The position numbers and the translations under genes are program-made. The notes beneath the pieces are model-generated. The model had not been told where the DNA came from and made no database searches. It was given only the letters and a program-made list of their open reading frames with translations. From assembly GCA_020891255.1 (NCBI GenBank), contig BQFW01000002.1:496001-560000 (forward strand): a DNA stretch of 64,000 bases, written 5' to 3'. Position 1 is the first letter of the stretch; every line of letters begins with the position of its first letter. Shown piece after piece: positions 49,391-61,668 of this stretch. This stretch comes from Entomortierella parvispora E1425. Its lineage: Eukaryota; Fungi; Mortierellomycota.

Positions 49391-50583
49391 TGCAAATGGT
49401 GAAAGAGAGAGCGCATTTGGACAAGAGATGATTTGTCTCTGCGCATCGGACTGGGAGCATATTGCAAAGAACATCATGATTTCATGATTAACTGTCAGAG
49501 ATAATCTAACCCTCTCATTCTTCCTGCCATTTCCTCTCTTCCTTTGATTCCTACTTCTGGAAAACCATTGTAGTCTCGGTCCCCGACATTCCGACGGATC
49601 TTTGATGATATGATTGCCAACCAGGCCTGGGGACCCCGTTTTAGTCGTCGGAATACTGTCGATGCTACAGAAGAAACGGGAGGCAACGCATCATCAATAC
49701 TGCAAGGAACAGATCTGGATGAAGAGAGTGGCGCCGAAGGATCAGAGGATATGGAATGCGATAGTTACGACGATGATGTAGACGACGAGTTTGACTATGG
49801 GGAGGAAGGCTGTGATGAGGAGCTCGACTTGTACGACAAATTTGGACAGCCAATAGAGTACACGGATGATGACGAGAATAAGAGAGACCATGCAGCTGGA
49901 GGATTTGGGGCTCTTGGCCTCCCTTCGCTTGCTGAGAGTCCATTCAATGGACATATGGATCAATTGAACACCCAAATGGCGCATGTGTTGCGGATCCAGG
50001 ACGGTGGTCCGCCAAGTGAAAGAGATCAATCGCAATTGCTAGATGGCGCAGCCTTTTCCGGAGTGAGGACAGGAACAGCGGCCCCAGAAACAGAGGCCCC
50101 AGAAACAGAGATCATTGATGACAGCTCACTGCCAGAGCTTTCAGTGACATTTGCGGACCCTGAAGGCAGTCGATTTGACGAGCTGCTATACTGGGTAAAC
50201 GTCCTAGACAGCCCTCTACGTTGGACTGAGACCCAGTTTCTTACACTGACTTTTCTTGCTTTGCCTACCAACCGAATAGCTTTACACAGGAGACAGTGAT
50301 CGGTGGCTCAGGTCCTTCACGGTGGAAAACTACGGGTCTATTTTGCAAAACATCCTCTTTCTGAACATTGTGACGCGAACAGTGCTGGAGATTTGTTTGA
50401 CGTATGAATCAGGGACGAGTGCTCATCTTGGACTGCAAGGAATGGCCCTGGCGGTCCTCTGCTATCATCAGCCAGGCCAGCTGTCTCCCCATCAGCTGTT
50501 GCAACGGCAACAGTTTCAGGAACTACAGATGCAGCAATTGCACTTTCAGCAACTCCAGCGGCAACATCCACATGGGCAAATGC

Positions 50584-50651
<68 letters not shown>

Positions 50652-50913
50652 CTATCACAACAAACGGGAGAGGTGGGTCGCGACTGGACATAATACAATA
50701 ACGAAAATAAAATAAATGAAAAGAAAGGACGTGAGCGTGCTTTGGAAGGTTGTCTTCCAGCAGGGATGCAGTGAAACTGATCACCATGGGGCAAATTATC
50801 CAAATGGAGCCAACAAAGAGAATTGCCCCTTGGGCATCATGCAGGCTCATTCAGGGATAAACACCCAACTCCTTCAACAACAACAAACAACAAACAATAT
50901 CACTGTCATCTAG
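48493..50913 (+). CDS. BTB/POZ-like protein with acidic insertion and polyQ tail; last exon uncertain
   Basis: DANCILLVGTRRYYVHVQMLA|SRSPTFRRIF (BTB N-half) and LSVTFADPEGSRFDELLYW|LYTGD (BTB C-half); exons 48493-48810, 49574-50194, 50280-about 50670, possibly 50761-50913. Confidence 0.65.
50583..50651 (+). repeat. (CAA)23 coding microsatellite (polyQ)
   Basis: Pure CAA run in frame in the BTB protein. Confidence 0.95.
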
Positions 50914-50954
50914 TTCTATTCAACTCATTTCTTTAAATAATAAGAGATATATTT

Positions 50955-53066
50955 TCAATCGTTCAGCGAGAGCAGGCTCTCCGCGCCTGTTTGGACCACC
51001 ATTCGGGCCAAATACGTGGCCTTGAGGTCCTTGTCCTTTGAAATCTTGCGCGCCAGATCCAGCCAGGAGGCAACACTCAGATCCTGCAATCCATAGTCGT
51101 CTCTTGTGTGGTACTCGACTACAAACTCGGGTTTGATGTTATCAGGGTCCAGATTCGCCAAAGTGATGTTGGACCAGTACTGGGTAAAGCTGAGGGGGAA
51201 GCCAAAGGTCGAGACGGGCACAGGCTGAGGATGACGGACTTTTGGAGGCTTCCTCTTGTCGTCATCGTCGTCATCTTGGTCTTCATCCTCGCCGCCCCAA
51301 GTAGGAAAGTCCGAGTTGTCCCAAGGAAGATCCTTGTTCAATTGATCGGCAAAATATTGCTCCAGTTCTTGTTGAAAACGCTCTTCCCGCTTTTCTCGCA
51401 TATCTTCCAGATTGTCGGGCTCTGGTGCGGTCGCATCTTGATCGATCCTATCGGCTCCGAGAAGCTGGTATGAGAACACGCGCAGTGTAGGGTAATAAGT
51501 CGGTATAACGGATGGTGACACCTGGACAATTGCGTATTTGTCCAGCTTGGCCTTCTTGGGAATACTGCTGTACTGTTTCCAGAGATCCTCGAGATAGGTG
51601 CTCAGTCCCAGAGGATGAAAGGGCATGTTGTCCTCCTCTTCCAGCACGTCAATCTTGTCTGACACATCCTCGTTTTCATCCTCCTCCTCCTCCTCCTCAT
51701 CGTCGTCTTCCTCAGAATCTTCATAGTCGATTATCTCTGTCTCGATGTCGCGAATATCTTCGATTTCCTCTTCATCGCCCGAGAGCGTCTCGACCAACAC
51801 TGTCTTCCTTGTCCTCGTCGTCGTAGTCGCTACCACTGCCTTCTTGCTCTTCTTGCCCTTGCCTAGCAAGAAGAAATGGTCGATATTGGCATGTCCGTAC
51901 AAATGACCCACAATCACATCCTGGTACTGAAGAGCCAGCTGGGTATATCGTTTGTAGCAAGTCGGCGAATATGATTTCTTCTCGGGCGGTACGTGGCCTG
52001 TTAAGTAAGCGACCATTCTACGTTTCCTGAGAGAGGCCAACTCATTTTCTAGCCAATCCATCTGTTCCGTTCCTGGTTCGTCCTCGTCCTTGCATCCATC
52101 CACAGCCGCGTTATGAATGTAAAAATACAACGTGTTCAGGCCAAAGACACTGATCTTTCCTGGAATGACTTCAGAGGAATAGTAGCCACCGCGACGGAAG
52201 GTGTTCATCTGACCATCCGGAATAAACTCTGACCAGATATTCGAATAATGTTGAAGGATTGGGTTGGGGCCGGGGTGCATGATGTTGTGGGGGTAGACAT
52301 CATTGTTACCGATGGAAGGAACCAAGGGGATTCGAAGTCCTGTTACGGGCGAAATAGGGAAGGCCTCAAGGAAACGTTTGGCGATGGCATTGTTCATCAT
52401 GTTGATCTGGTCTTGAGTTCGTGGATGCGTATTGTCCGAGTCGTGTCTGGAGAGAGAGTCAAGCAAAGATCTTCGTCAGAAAAAGTTTTCAAGTGAACAA
52501 ACTCCAGGGGGACCATTTCAATTCACCGCCTTTTTTTTTTTTTACCTTGCATTGTCGCCAGTCCAAACAACAAAGTCGATCTTGTCGACTAAGTTCTGGT
52601 CAATCCAGTCGAACGTGGCATTTGCCAAGGCAAAAGGGCTGTCGCAGATGGAGTTAGGTGCACCATAGAATCCGCCCACACCAACAGGCACGGTCGTGCC
52701 ATCATCCAAGGTCATCGATGACAAGACTGACAAAGAGGCAAGGCCAGGGCGTTGCTTGTTGAAGTCTCTCAAATCATCTGGGCTGTCGACGCCTGCATGG
52801 CAAGAGGATGCAATAGCGGCGCCGTCCACATAATGTTCATCCGGGTGAATATCGGTGATTTGTAGGAACCGTCCATGAAGAGGTCTGGAGGAAGACGTTG
52901 CGGCAACACCGGCAGCTGCAGTATGAACGGACAAGAGACACGCCGTAACAGCAACGGAACAGAGCAGGATCCTCCGATGGATGGCTCTTCGTGAACAGGC
53001 ACTGTCCACGTCCTGGCCTTTAGTGCCGAGTCCGAGACGCGTTGGTCCGGCCTTTTGGGCTTGCAT
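50955..53066 (-). CDS. PPN1: Endopolyphosphatase (calcineurin-like metallophosphoesterase); 2 exons
   Basis: LHGRFLQITDIHPD, CDSP, WTGDNAR|HD, SIGNND, GHVPP, YGHANIDHF, SVIPTYYPTLRVF; N-terminal hydrophobic anchor. Confidence 0.92.
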
Positions 53067-53884
53067 TGGTGATAAAGAGATTGGCTGGGTTTGGTGGCAA
53101 ATAGAAGAGTCGGCTTGACGCGGTGCACAGTCGGAGGAGATTTGAGATGGAGGGAGGGGATGAGTGAATGATTGATGAGGAGAAGGAAGGAAGAAAGGAG
53201 AAGAGGGAATTCAATTCGGAAGAGAGAAGAAGGGAAAAAAACCCGCCGGAAGGGCGAGAGCCTGTTCCTCTCTCTTTCTCTCTTCTGGTTGTCCGTCGTC
53301 TGTTCCTGTCCAGGTGTCACCCATGGCTGCATGGTGTGGCAAGGTCAGCCCTGCTGGCTTGTCTCTGCCTGCGTTTGGTTTCCTTCAGGGCTAAATCCTT
53401 TCCCATCACCAACCGCCATTGCCAAGGTCTCATTCATTGACCTTCTTCTTCCTCATCCCCAATCCAACCACCGCGGAGAAGTCTGTTGTGGTCGCCCCCC
53501 AAGCCCAGCCCCCTGTTCCTGCCCTGTGAAGATACAATAAAAAAAAATAAAAAATAAAAAAAATGAGAGCACAAACACGGTCATCGCCTCTTTTCTGCTT
53601 TTTTAGTCGTGTGCCTGAAAAGAGCTCATCTGGACAGCTTTCTGTTTATCCCCGCCAACCCGAACCCGGCTGTTGCCAAGGTCCAGGTTCCCAAAGACAG
53701 TGTAATGCATTCTACTTGCAATTGTGGCCGACTGGACAGCAAAGCTTTCAGTAGGACGTTTTCTTCTCATCACCCTTTGCCTGTGCCTGAATGAAGTCAA
53801 CTCGCTGGAGATAACTTTCCATGCACGGTAACACGACCACGTGCTTTGTCCTAACTTCTGTGGTACTAACCCAAACAGCAGGTT

Positions 53885-55720
53885 TTATTTGCTGAACTGC
53901 ACCATAGGCCATTTACGATGGAGATAAACCTCAGGTTGCTCTATTCGTGGGTCATAAGCCGTCTTGATGGGGATGGCCTCCCCTCCCTCTGCTGGTTCTT
54001 CCTGTGACTCCGTTCTCGCACGCGAAACCATTGCCTTGGTCATATCCACGCGGATTGTTCCAGTAACTTTGCGAAGTCGTGGCCAATGCTCCATCATCCA
54101 CTCCACTTCCTCGACCGTCAATCTGTGATCCATACAACTGAAGTTGAACACCCTCAAATTCTTAAGTGTTTTCAATTGATCCAATCCCGATTGGAGCGTC
54201 AATGACAAGGTCTGTCTTCGGAACCAAGTTGACATGTCATAACCTCCAAGACTGAGGGTCTGCAGCTCCGTTAAAAGTGCCAACTGTCGATACACAAGCC
54301 ATTCATCCGACTTGGATTGTGGTTGGAGATCCTCAGCCGGCCTGTTGACTTCCTGGACGCTGACTTGCAAGAATTGCAATCCGAGACAGACCCACGTTGG
54401 TGACAAGGCGTCTCCTGGTAACCATTTCCCTTGCTCTTGACTTCCGTTTGGTGTTGTTGCGAGTACTCCAGCGGCAATAACTTCAGCTTGGATAGCTGTG
54501 GCTTGGAATCGCCTCAGTCCTCGACAGGAACACAAAAGTCTTTGGACCCAAAGACTGTTATCAGCGATCGGGCCCGACACTGCTGACACATCCAAATCCC
54601 GCAACTTCTCTTTCAGTACCGAGTCTGATCCCGTCAATTGCTCCAATGTCAGATAGTCCATGTTTGTCCTTTGAAGATCGAGAACAGTCAAGTGCGGGAG
54701 AACCTTCAGAAGAGCTGCGAGTTCCTGATCAGTCAAACTAGACCAGGAGACATCCAATGTTGTGATCCAGGGGCAGGCTATCTCCAACCGCATCTTTATC
54801 AATTCCTCTTCGTCAGCCTTCTCAAAAAGTCGCTGGTTCTCCAGGGGTTGCAAGCGGAGTTTGGTCAAGTACTGACAATGCCGTACGAATCGCAGTTCGT
54901 TCAAGAGTGAACTCGTACTATCTTCCCCCGACTCAATGGTGGAAGCGCGGATATGCAACTGTCGCAAGCTGTAAAACACATCGTGATCCTGTTGAGGGCC
55001 ATGAAGCTCGGTACCCTCTAGAAGCAAAATCGAAAGCCGGCGAAGAATTCCATAAAACCGAGAATGCAGTTCTTGAGTCCTGCATTTGGCAGCGGCAATG
55101 TCTGAAGGACTCAGAAGTTCTACGACAACGTTTGAGGTTCTCTTGGCCTGGAGACGCCGCTCTTGCTCCAGAAGCAGAGGGTCCTGGATCTTGAAGGACC
55201 ACAGTTCCAGATGTCCCAAGAATCGACATTCCTCCAAAACCGAGAGTATCTGGTCCAACGACGGTAGGGTCTCTTGAGTACCCTTGCTGTCCAATTGGAT
55301 TATCAGAGTCTGCAGCGTATCCTTATTCTGTTCGATCAAAGGCAGTCCGTCCATGGTCAAGTCGAGGATCTCCAGTTGCGTCAGTTGAGAGCATGCCGGA
55401 ATTAGAGATGAAAGATAGGGGGTAAAGTTCCGGCATCCGATAGATCGGATCAGTGGGGCATGTTTCTTGAGAACCGCGGGGTCGGGGAAGTGTTTCCGCT
55501 CGCTGATCTGCCTTCGCCAGTGCGTCCCAGGCACGTTCAGGGTCTGCCAGAGCAACGGAAGGAGTTGGTTGTTCCATGAACGAGAAACAAGGAGACAATT
55601 CAAAAAGTCATTGCGGGCAAGTTGTCTGCTGATGCCAATAAGAATCTCCGGTACGCCTAGAGCCTCATGTGATTCCTGCGCTTGGTCATGCGATTCGTCC
55701 AGGTCCTGTTCCTGATGCAT
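53885..55720 (-). CDS. F-box-like / leucine-rich-repeat protein; intronless
   Basis: VPEILIGISRQL...LNCLLVSRSWNNQLLPLLW (F-box-like), LRR-like repeats, WVCLGLQFL and LTLQSGLDQLKTLKNLRVF segments that I recall from the expanded Mortierellaceae family. Confidence 0.75.
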   Translation of the reverse strand: MHQEQDLDESHDQAQESHEALGVPEILIGISRQLARNDFLNCLLVSRSWNNQLLPLLWQTLNVPGTHWRRQISERKHFPDPAVLKKHAPLIRSIGCRNFTPYLSSLIPACSQLTQLEILDLTMDGLPLIEQNKDTLQTLIIQLDSKGTQETLPSLDQILSVLEECRFLGHLELWSFKIQDPLLLEQERRLQAKRTSNVVVELLSPSDIAAAKCRTQELHSRFYGILRRLSILLLEGTELHGPQQDHDVFYSLRQLHIRASTIESGEDSTSSLLNELRFVRHCQYLTKLRLQPLENQRLFEKADEEELIKMRLEIACPWITTLDVSWSSLTDQELAALLKVLPHLTVLDLQRTNMDYLTLEQLTGSDSVLKEKLRDLDVSAVSGPIADNSLWVQRLLCSCRGLRRFQATAIQAEVIAAGVLATTPNGSQEQGKWLPGDALSPTWVCLGLQFLQVSVQEVNRPAEDLQPQSKSDEWLVYRQLALLTELQTLSLGGYDMSTWFRRQTLSLTLQSGLDQLKTLKNLRVFNFSCMDHRLTVEEVEWMMEHWPRLRKVTGTIRVDMTKAMVSRARTESQEEPAEGGEAIPIKTAYDPRIEQPEVYLHRKWPMVQFSK

Positions 55721-57296
55721 GCGTAATGGTGGAAACGTGGAAGGTTTGCATGGAGGGAACACGACACAAAAGACATGGCCACAAAAAATGCTAAAAATAA
55801 ATTTAGTGGGCGAATTTTTTCTTATTTTATTCACGATTTCTGAACATGGACTTTTGCTAAGACGCCCGTCATTTCAGCACCTCAAATGCCTGCATAGCGA
55901 TAGATTGGTCCATCAAGGAGCGCACGTTCAAGGGAACGCGAGAAATGTCCAGCTGGATATCGTCTTCTTGTCGTCCATAGCTCTCAAAGGGCCGAAGATC
56001 CCGGCTTCAGGTCGCTGAACCGCGTATGGGAATAAAATGCCGCTGTCCCATTGGCCGGCTAAACAACAATCCCGCACCGCCTATGCGAATCAATCTGGAT
56101 TTTTGGACTATGGCCCAAATCGAAATTGCCTGTTGAGGGTATCGATCTTCTTTCTGATCTTGAAGGGGAGAGATAGACAGAGAGAGAGAGAGAGAGAGGA
56201 GGGTTACAATGACGTAACCTACCAACGCCACTCATTGCTCATCACTTCCCTCTTTTGTTCTCAGAGTCTTTGCAAACCTGTTCCTTTTGTTTTGGCAATT
56301 GGAAGGGGAGGGCTGGAATGTCAGCACTTCTGCTTGGCACGTCTGCTTGGTAAGTCGATACGACCTTGATACCAATCGAGGTCGCATGTACCTCTGAACG
56401 GGTAAGAGTAAGGTCTTTCCGAGGCTATACTATGTCTCCGTATCCAGATAGCAAGATAGCAATGGGGTGTATTCTGCGGCGCACAAACAGACTCCAAGAC
56501 AGGACACCACGTTGAAAATAGAAGGCGCGCAAGTCTCAACTCAAACTCTTCAAAAGATTGGGAACTCATTGGACTACCCAACTGACACAAAATTTCCTTT
56601 GGAAGTCTTTGTAGGGTGGGTGGTTCAGTTACAAAGCTTGAAACGGTGTAGAGGGTATGTAGAGGGGGTTTAGAACAGACAGAGGATCAAATCAGGCTGA
56701 ACAGGTTGTGCAAACGACCATGGATAGAGAAGGATGACAATCTACAGTCGACCTTCGATATAGCGAAATGGTGTTGTTTTCAGCAATTTGCGACGTGTAT
56801 TCTACAGTGCCTTCACTGTATTGAGGTGGATTCTTATATACAGAAATGCAGGTTTTTGTTTTTGGGACTTCACTATAACAGAAGGTTCAGCGGGACTCAC
56901 TCTAACGCCGTTCATTGTATCAAGGGAAGACTATAGCCGAATTAGCCGAATGCCCGGTGCATTGAGAAAAGACTTGGAGAAACCGTAGACGCGGAAATCA
57001 GTTCCTGCCTTGTTTGCTACAGCCAAGACGGACATCGGAGGAGTGGAAGGCAGGATAGCAGCACAGGGGAGATGCTGAAAACAAAAACAGGCAATAACTC
57101 TATTGCGGATATACGTTCTTCACCTGCCGCGGCCCATGGGAGGACGCAGAGACCCATTTTTGGCTCTGTTGCAGCGAGCGCGTCTTTAATTAGGAGCAAT
57201 CAAGCCCAGTTGTGCCATTGGTCAGATCTCTTCCCCTGAACCTGCCCTGAGCGGGTCTCCCGGAATAACAGAGATTCCATCCACGCGCGAGATTCA

Positions 57297-57303
57297 TATA
57301 AAA
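57297..57303 (+). promoter_or_regulatory. TATA box candidate of the MFS gene
   Basis: CATATAAAAGG followed by a CT-rich leader about 180 bp before the ATG at 57479. Confidence 0.45.
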
Positions 57304-57478
57304 GGAACCGCCCCCACACCCTACTTTTTTTTCCCTCCACACTCATTCTTTACTCGCTCTATCTCTCTATTCTTCTCTTGCTCAGATCGACCCTTCACCG
57401 ATCTTGGATACGCAATTGCATACTCCACAGCCATCCTCTTACCTCGGTCTGCATCCTCAACACTCTCTCACATCCACA

Positions 57479-59146
57479 ATGACCTCTGCTGAAAACACCA
57501 CAGTAGTCATGGAAAAGGTCGATGTCGACTCTGCCGTCGTCCTCGACACTGACTCCATCGCCTCAAGCAAGACTGCCAACGCAAATGGCCAACTCGACCC
57601 CGGTCCTCCTCTGATCATGGATCAGGAAGTCGTCACCCTCCCCTTCCGCGAACTTATGGTTGTCTTTGTCGGTCTCATGCTCGGAGTCTTCTTGTCTTCT
57701 CTGGATCAAACCATCGTCTCTGTCTGCACCACCAAGATTGCCAACGATTTCCACGCCCTCGACGAAATCCCTTGGGTCACCACTGCCTACCTCCTCACCT
57801 CGACCTCTTTCCAGCCCATGTACGGAAAAGGATGTGATATCTTTGGTCGCAAGGCAACCTTCATGTTTGCCATCACTGTCTTCTTGATCGGCTCTGCTCT
57901 TTGCGGTGCTGCTCAAAACATGACCTGGATAATTCTTGCCCGTGGTGTTGCTGGTGTGGGTGCCGCCGGCATCATGAGCACTGTCATGATCATCATCACC
58001 GATCTTGTCTCCCTCCGCGACCGTGGCAAGTACCAGGGTATCATTGGATCCGTCTTTGGTTTCTCTTCTGTCATCGGTCCTCTCCTTGGCGGTGTCTTTG
58101 TCGACAAGGCAACTTGGCGCTGGGCCTTCTTCATCAACCTGCCCATTGGCGTCATCACCATGATCACTGTCATCAAAGTCCTGCACTTGCCCCACGCCAT
58201 GGGCTCGTTCAAGGAAAAGATTGGCCGTGTTGACTTTTTAGGTGCCTTGGCTTTGATCTGCGGTCTGGTCTTGATTCTCTTGCCTCTCAACTGGGGTGGT
58301 TCGACCTACGCCTGGAACTCTCCTATTGTCATTGGCATGTTCTGCGCCGGCATCGTTGTCATGGGCTTGTTCTTGCTCGTGGAATGGAAGCAGGCTGCGG
58401 AGCCCATCATCCCCTTCCGCCTCTTTGCCACCCGCACCAACTGCGCCGTCTTTGCCACCTGCTTCTTCTTGGGCATGGGTTTCTTTAGTATCATGTTCTT
58501 CATGCCCTTGTACTTCCAGATTGTCCGCCAGGAAACCGCCACTTCTGCCGGTCTCGAGCTGTTGCCTTTGATTGTCGGCTTGTTGATGGCCTCGATCGGC
58601 TCTGGTTTCTTGGTCTCCAAGTGGGGTCAGTACCGCCCCTTCATCTGGATCGGTCTCTCCCTTGCCACCATCGGCACCGGTCTCTTGTCTCTCCTTAATG
58701 TCGATTCCGGCCGTGGCATGGAAATTGGATTCTTGTTCATCATTGGTCTCGGTATCGGTTTCTCCATGCAGACCTCGGTTCTCGCCATCCAATCTTCGGT
58801 TGCTACCAAGGACATTGCCGTCGCCACTGCCAACGCAACCTTCTTCCGCACCGTTGGATCTGTCTTTGGTGTTGCCATTGCTGGCACCGTCTTCAACAAC
58901 GGAGTCAAGAACAACCTCGCTCCTCTGATTGCGATCAATGCTGATGTGGCCACGGTCATCTCTGACTCTTATTTGGCCCCTTCGTTTGGTGCCGAGATGG
59001 AGGCCAAGATCTTGTCTGCCTACATGATGGCTCTCCGGTCTTCCTTTCATGTCTGCATCCCCTTCATGGGTTTGGCTCTCTTGTCCAGTTTGATGATCGG
59101 AGCACACAAACTTCGCAAGTCTGCTGGCCCTACTCCTATGGAGTAA
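57479..59146 (+). CDS. MFS drug:H+ antiporter, 14-TM (DHA2/EmrB-like); intronless
   Basis: LSSLDQTIVS, YGKGCDIFGRK (motif A-like), RGVAGVG, GPLLGG, WRWAFFINLPIG; about 14 hydrophobic segments. Confidence 0.92.
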   Translation: MTSAENTTVVMEKVDVDSAVVLDTDSIASSKTANANGQLDPGPPLIMDQEVVTLPFRELMVVFVGLMLGVFLSSLDQTIVSVCTTKIANDFHALDEIPWVTTAYLLTSTSFQPMYGKGCDIFGRKATFMFAITVFLIGSALCGAAQNMTWIILARGVAGVGAAGIMSTVMIIITDLVSLRDRGKYQGIIGSVFGFSSVIGPLLGGVFVDKATWRWAFFINLPIGVITMITVIKVLHLPHAMGSFKEKIGRVDFLGALALICGLVLILLPLNWGGSTYAWNSPIVIGMFCAGIVVMGLFLLVEWKQAAEPIIPFRLFATRTNCAVFATCFFLGMGFFSIMFFMPLYFQIVRQETATSAGLELLPLIVGLLMASIGSGFLVSKWGQYRPFIWIGLSLATIGTGLLSLLNVDSGRGMEIGFLFIIGLGIGFSMQTSVLAIQSSVATKDIAVATANATFFRTVGSVFGVAIAGTVFNNGVKNNLAPLIAINADVATVISDSYLAPSFGAEMEAKILSAYMMALRSSFHVCIPFMGLALLSSLMIGAHKLRKSAGPTPME

Positions 59147-59441
59147 ACCCACAACCATGTCAGAAAAACACAACACCTTCACTTGTATAGTAGCCTCCCA
59201 TCCTAATTGACCTATCCCTATGCATCTACCACATGTATAATACCCTACTTTCATTGCATTTCAATAATAACTAAAAACAAAATACAGCAATAACAATCAA
59301 AACATATCTCCAATTGCTTCCTGATTGAAAGCAATAATAATACTGTCTTCCAAGATTGACAACAGAGTAAAAACCAAGCCGGTCAAGGTTGATACATGAC
59401 GATGAATGAGATTTTTAATGCAAAATGGGGGGATATATATC

Positions 59442-61055
59442 CTAAAAGGTGACCTTGGCTCCCTTGAACTCGACAATACCCGTGGGGGCTCTTTGAGCAT
59501 TGGCCAAGGCCAGACCTGGACGTTGATGAGCCTGCATCTTCTTCTCGCCTGGTTGACGTCTCTGTCTCTTGGCCTTCTGTTCCGCATTGAATGCCCTCCT
59601 CTCCTCCTCGGCAGCATCCGCTGCAGCTGCCTCGCTAATCTTGCCATTGGCTCCCTCGGCCAACTGGGAAGGTGGGATCTCGCCACGAGCAATGGCGGCT
59701 GCGTCCTCCTCCTCACGCTTACGCTTTCTGAACTCACGAGGGTTGCCCTTCAATGTGGCCTCAGCAGAGGCGTACTCCAGGTTAATCTTGCGTCCATCCA
59801 AAAAGTGTTTTGCGGGGTCGGTCAAAGCAGCAGTTGCTGATTCCGGTGCCATGTAATCAATGTAGGCGAATCTAAGGATTGTAAAAAAAAAAAAATGTGG
59901 ATGGTTAGGTCCATAAACAAAACAACCAGGTAATACTTCACAACCGCGTCCCTGTATATAAGTTCTTACCCCTTGCACTTTCCAGTATCCTCAAAGGTTG
60001 CCAGACGGACCTTGCGAATCTCTCCAACGTCTCCAAACAACTTGTGCAATCCCTCGCGAGTAGTCTGGAACGACAAGTTTCCAACAAAGAGCGTAGGTGA
60101 CACTGGGTGCTTCTGCTTCATCGACTTCTCAATCGTGGCGCCCTTGGAGACAACGGGGCGACCCTCATAGGATTTGCTCGACTTGATCAAAACCTTTCTG
60201 CCGTCCAATTCATCCTCTGACAACTTGATAGCGTTCCCCTGAGCTTCCACGCTGGAAAAGTCGACATAGGCGAATCCTTTGTTTCCCTTCTTGTTCGTTC
60301 CAGATCCCTTGGGCAAGTTCATACGTGTGATATCGCCGCCCACATTGCGGAAGAAATGACGAAGAGCCTTTTCGGTTGTCAAGAAGGACAAGTTTCCGAT
60401 CCAGATACCGAATTCACCCTTGCGGCCAGGTCCTTCCTTCTTTTCCTTGGTCTTCTTTGCCTTCTTCTTGTCGCCAGTATCATCATCACCCTCGCCGTCC
60501 TCGTTTTCGGGTGCTGCTGCCTCATCATCATCCTCATCGCCATCGGCAGCTCCAGCCTTCTTTTTGTTCTTTTTCTTGTTCTTCTTCTTCTTGGATTTGG
60601 GTGGGGGTTGAGTATCGGGATCGTCCTCCTCTTCTGACGACGATGAATCAGATGAATCAGAGTCGACGGGCTTCTTCTTGATCTCTTTCCTGGCAGCCTT
60701 CTTCGATGCTACTGGTTTTGAGTCCTCCTGATCGCTATCGCTGTCGTTGTCGCTGCTGCTGTCAGCCTTCTTGGTCTCCTTCTTCTTGGATGCTTTTGAT
60801 GATTTAGAATCCTTCTTTGATGATTTTTCCCTGGCTTCTTTCTCGGCCTTCTTTGCCTTTTTCTAATAACAAAGATTCGCGAATGCGATGAACGAGTTTA
60901 GTTTCAAGATACTTTGACAACAGGGTTTATCAGCTACACTAATAAAAGTCTGCATCCTGGGTTGTTACCTTTTCTTTCTTCTCGTCCTTTACAACAGGCG
61001 CGTTGCTGTGCCAGTTGAGAAAGTCATAGGGCTCATCTGCTTCAATGTCTGACAT
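59442..61055 (-). CDS. NOP13: Nucleolar two-RRM protein, Nop13/Rnp24-like; 3 exons
   Basis: K/D/E/S-rich N-terminus, RNP2 GIWIGNLSF, RNP1 KGFAYVDF, second RRM TLFVGNLSF ... KCKG|FAYIDY. Confidence 0.85.
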
Positions 61056-61668
61056 TGTTGTGATGCTAGGTGATGGAATGAATGGGTGAGTGCATGCATC
61101 CAAAAGAAAAAAGAAAAAAGACAAAGAACAACAAAATGGTGGCTTGGCCATGTGTGACTGTCCATGTGAATTCGCCCAAGAGTTCGCGCGCACAGCGAGC
61201 TGCATGCCAGCTCTCTGGGCGGCTTCAACCATGACAGCGATGGTCGCTCTGCGGTCCAGCGCCGTATGTCGAGAGCCTACATTACCTATGACTTTCCACC
61301 GCGGCGCCTCTCGATCGACCTGAGATCCTCTACTGCGTCTGAAGGGCTGGAAGCACAGGCCGTAGGGGTAGACCCATTGGCCCAGGGTTCAGTCGTGCCA
61401 CCCATTACGCGCTCGCTGCGGCGCTCGCCGTCGGCAGCATTGCTGGAAGAAGGACCTGCTGGTCAGGCGCAAGTCGTGTTGGAAGGCGTGGCTGTGAAAG
61501 CGTGTTCGATCCTCATTGCTTGGCTTGGTGATCGAGGAATCTTTGCAATTTTTTGCTTAGCCTAAAGTTGCTTAGCCAAGGTTGGTTAGCCATTCCTTAA
61601 CCAGTCAGGTGATTGAAGGATTTCGATGCATCGTTTGTCTTATTCATCATCCCTTCCACTCTTGACAA

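Noticed and set aside
55840-57200. Intergenic region with short ORFs, considered as a transposon remnant
   Set aside because: No DDE, RT or other element motif in any frame.
9252-59146. Monooxygenases plus MFS transporter as a secondary-metabolite cluster
   Set aside because: No backbone synthase, and the transporter is about 25 kb away behind several housekeeping genes.
58238-59254. 338-aa antisense ORF over the MFS gene, and similar shadow ORFs over NOP13, PPN1 and the monooxygenases
   Set aside because: Explained by codon bias of the sense genes; no independent motifs.
61230-61560. GC-rich stretch with small hairpins and an AATTTTTTG Sm-like site, considered as snRNA or SRP RNA
   Set aside because: No match to the conserved U1, U2, U4, U5, U11, U12 or SRP motifs I know; better explained as divergent promoter DNA.
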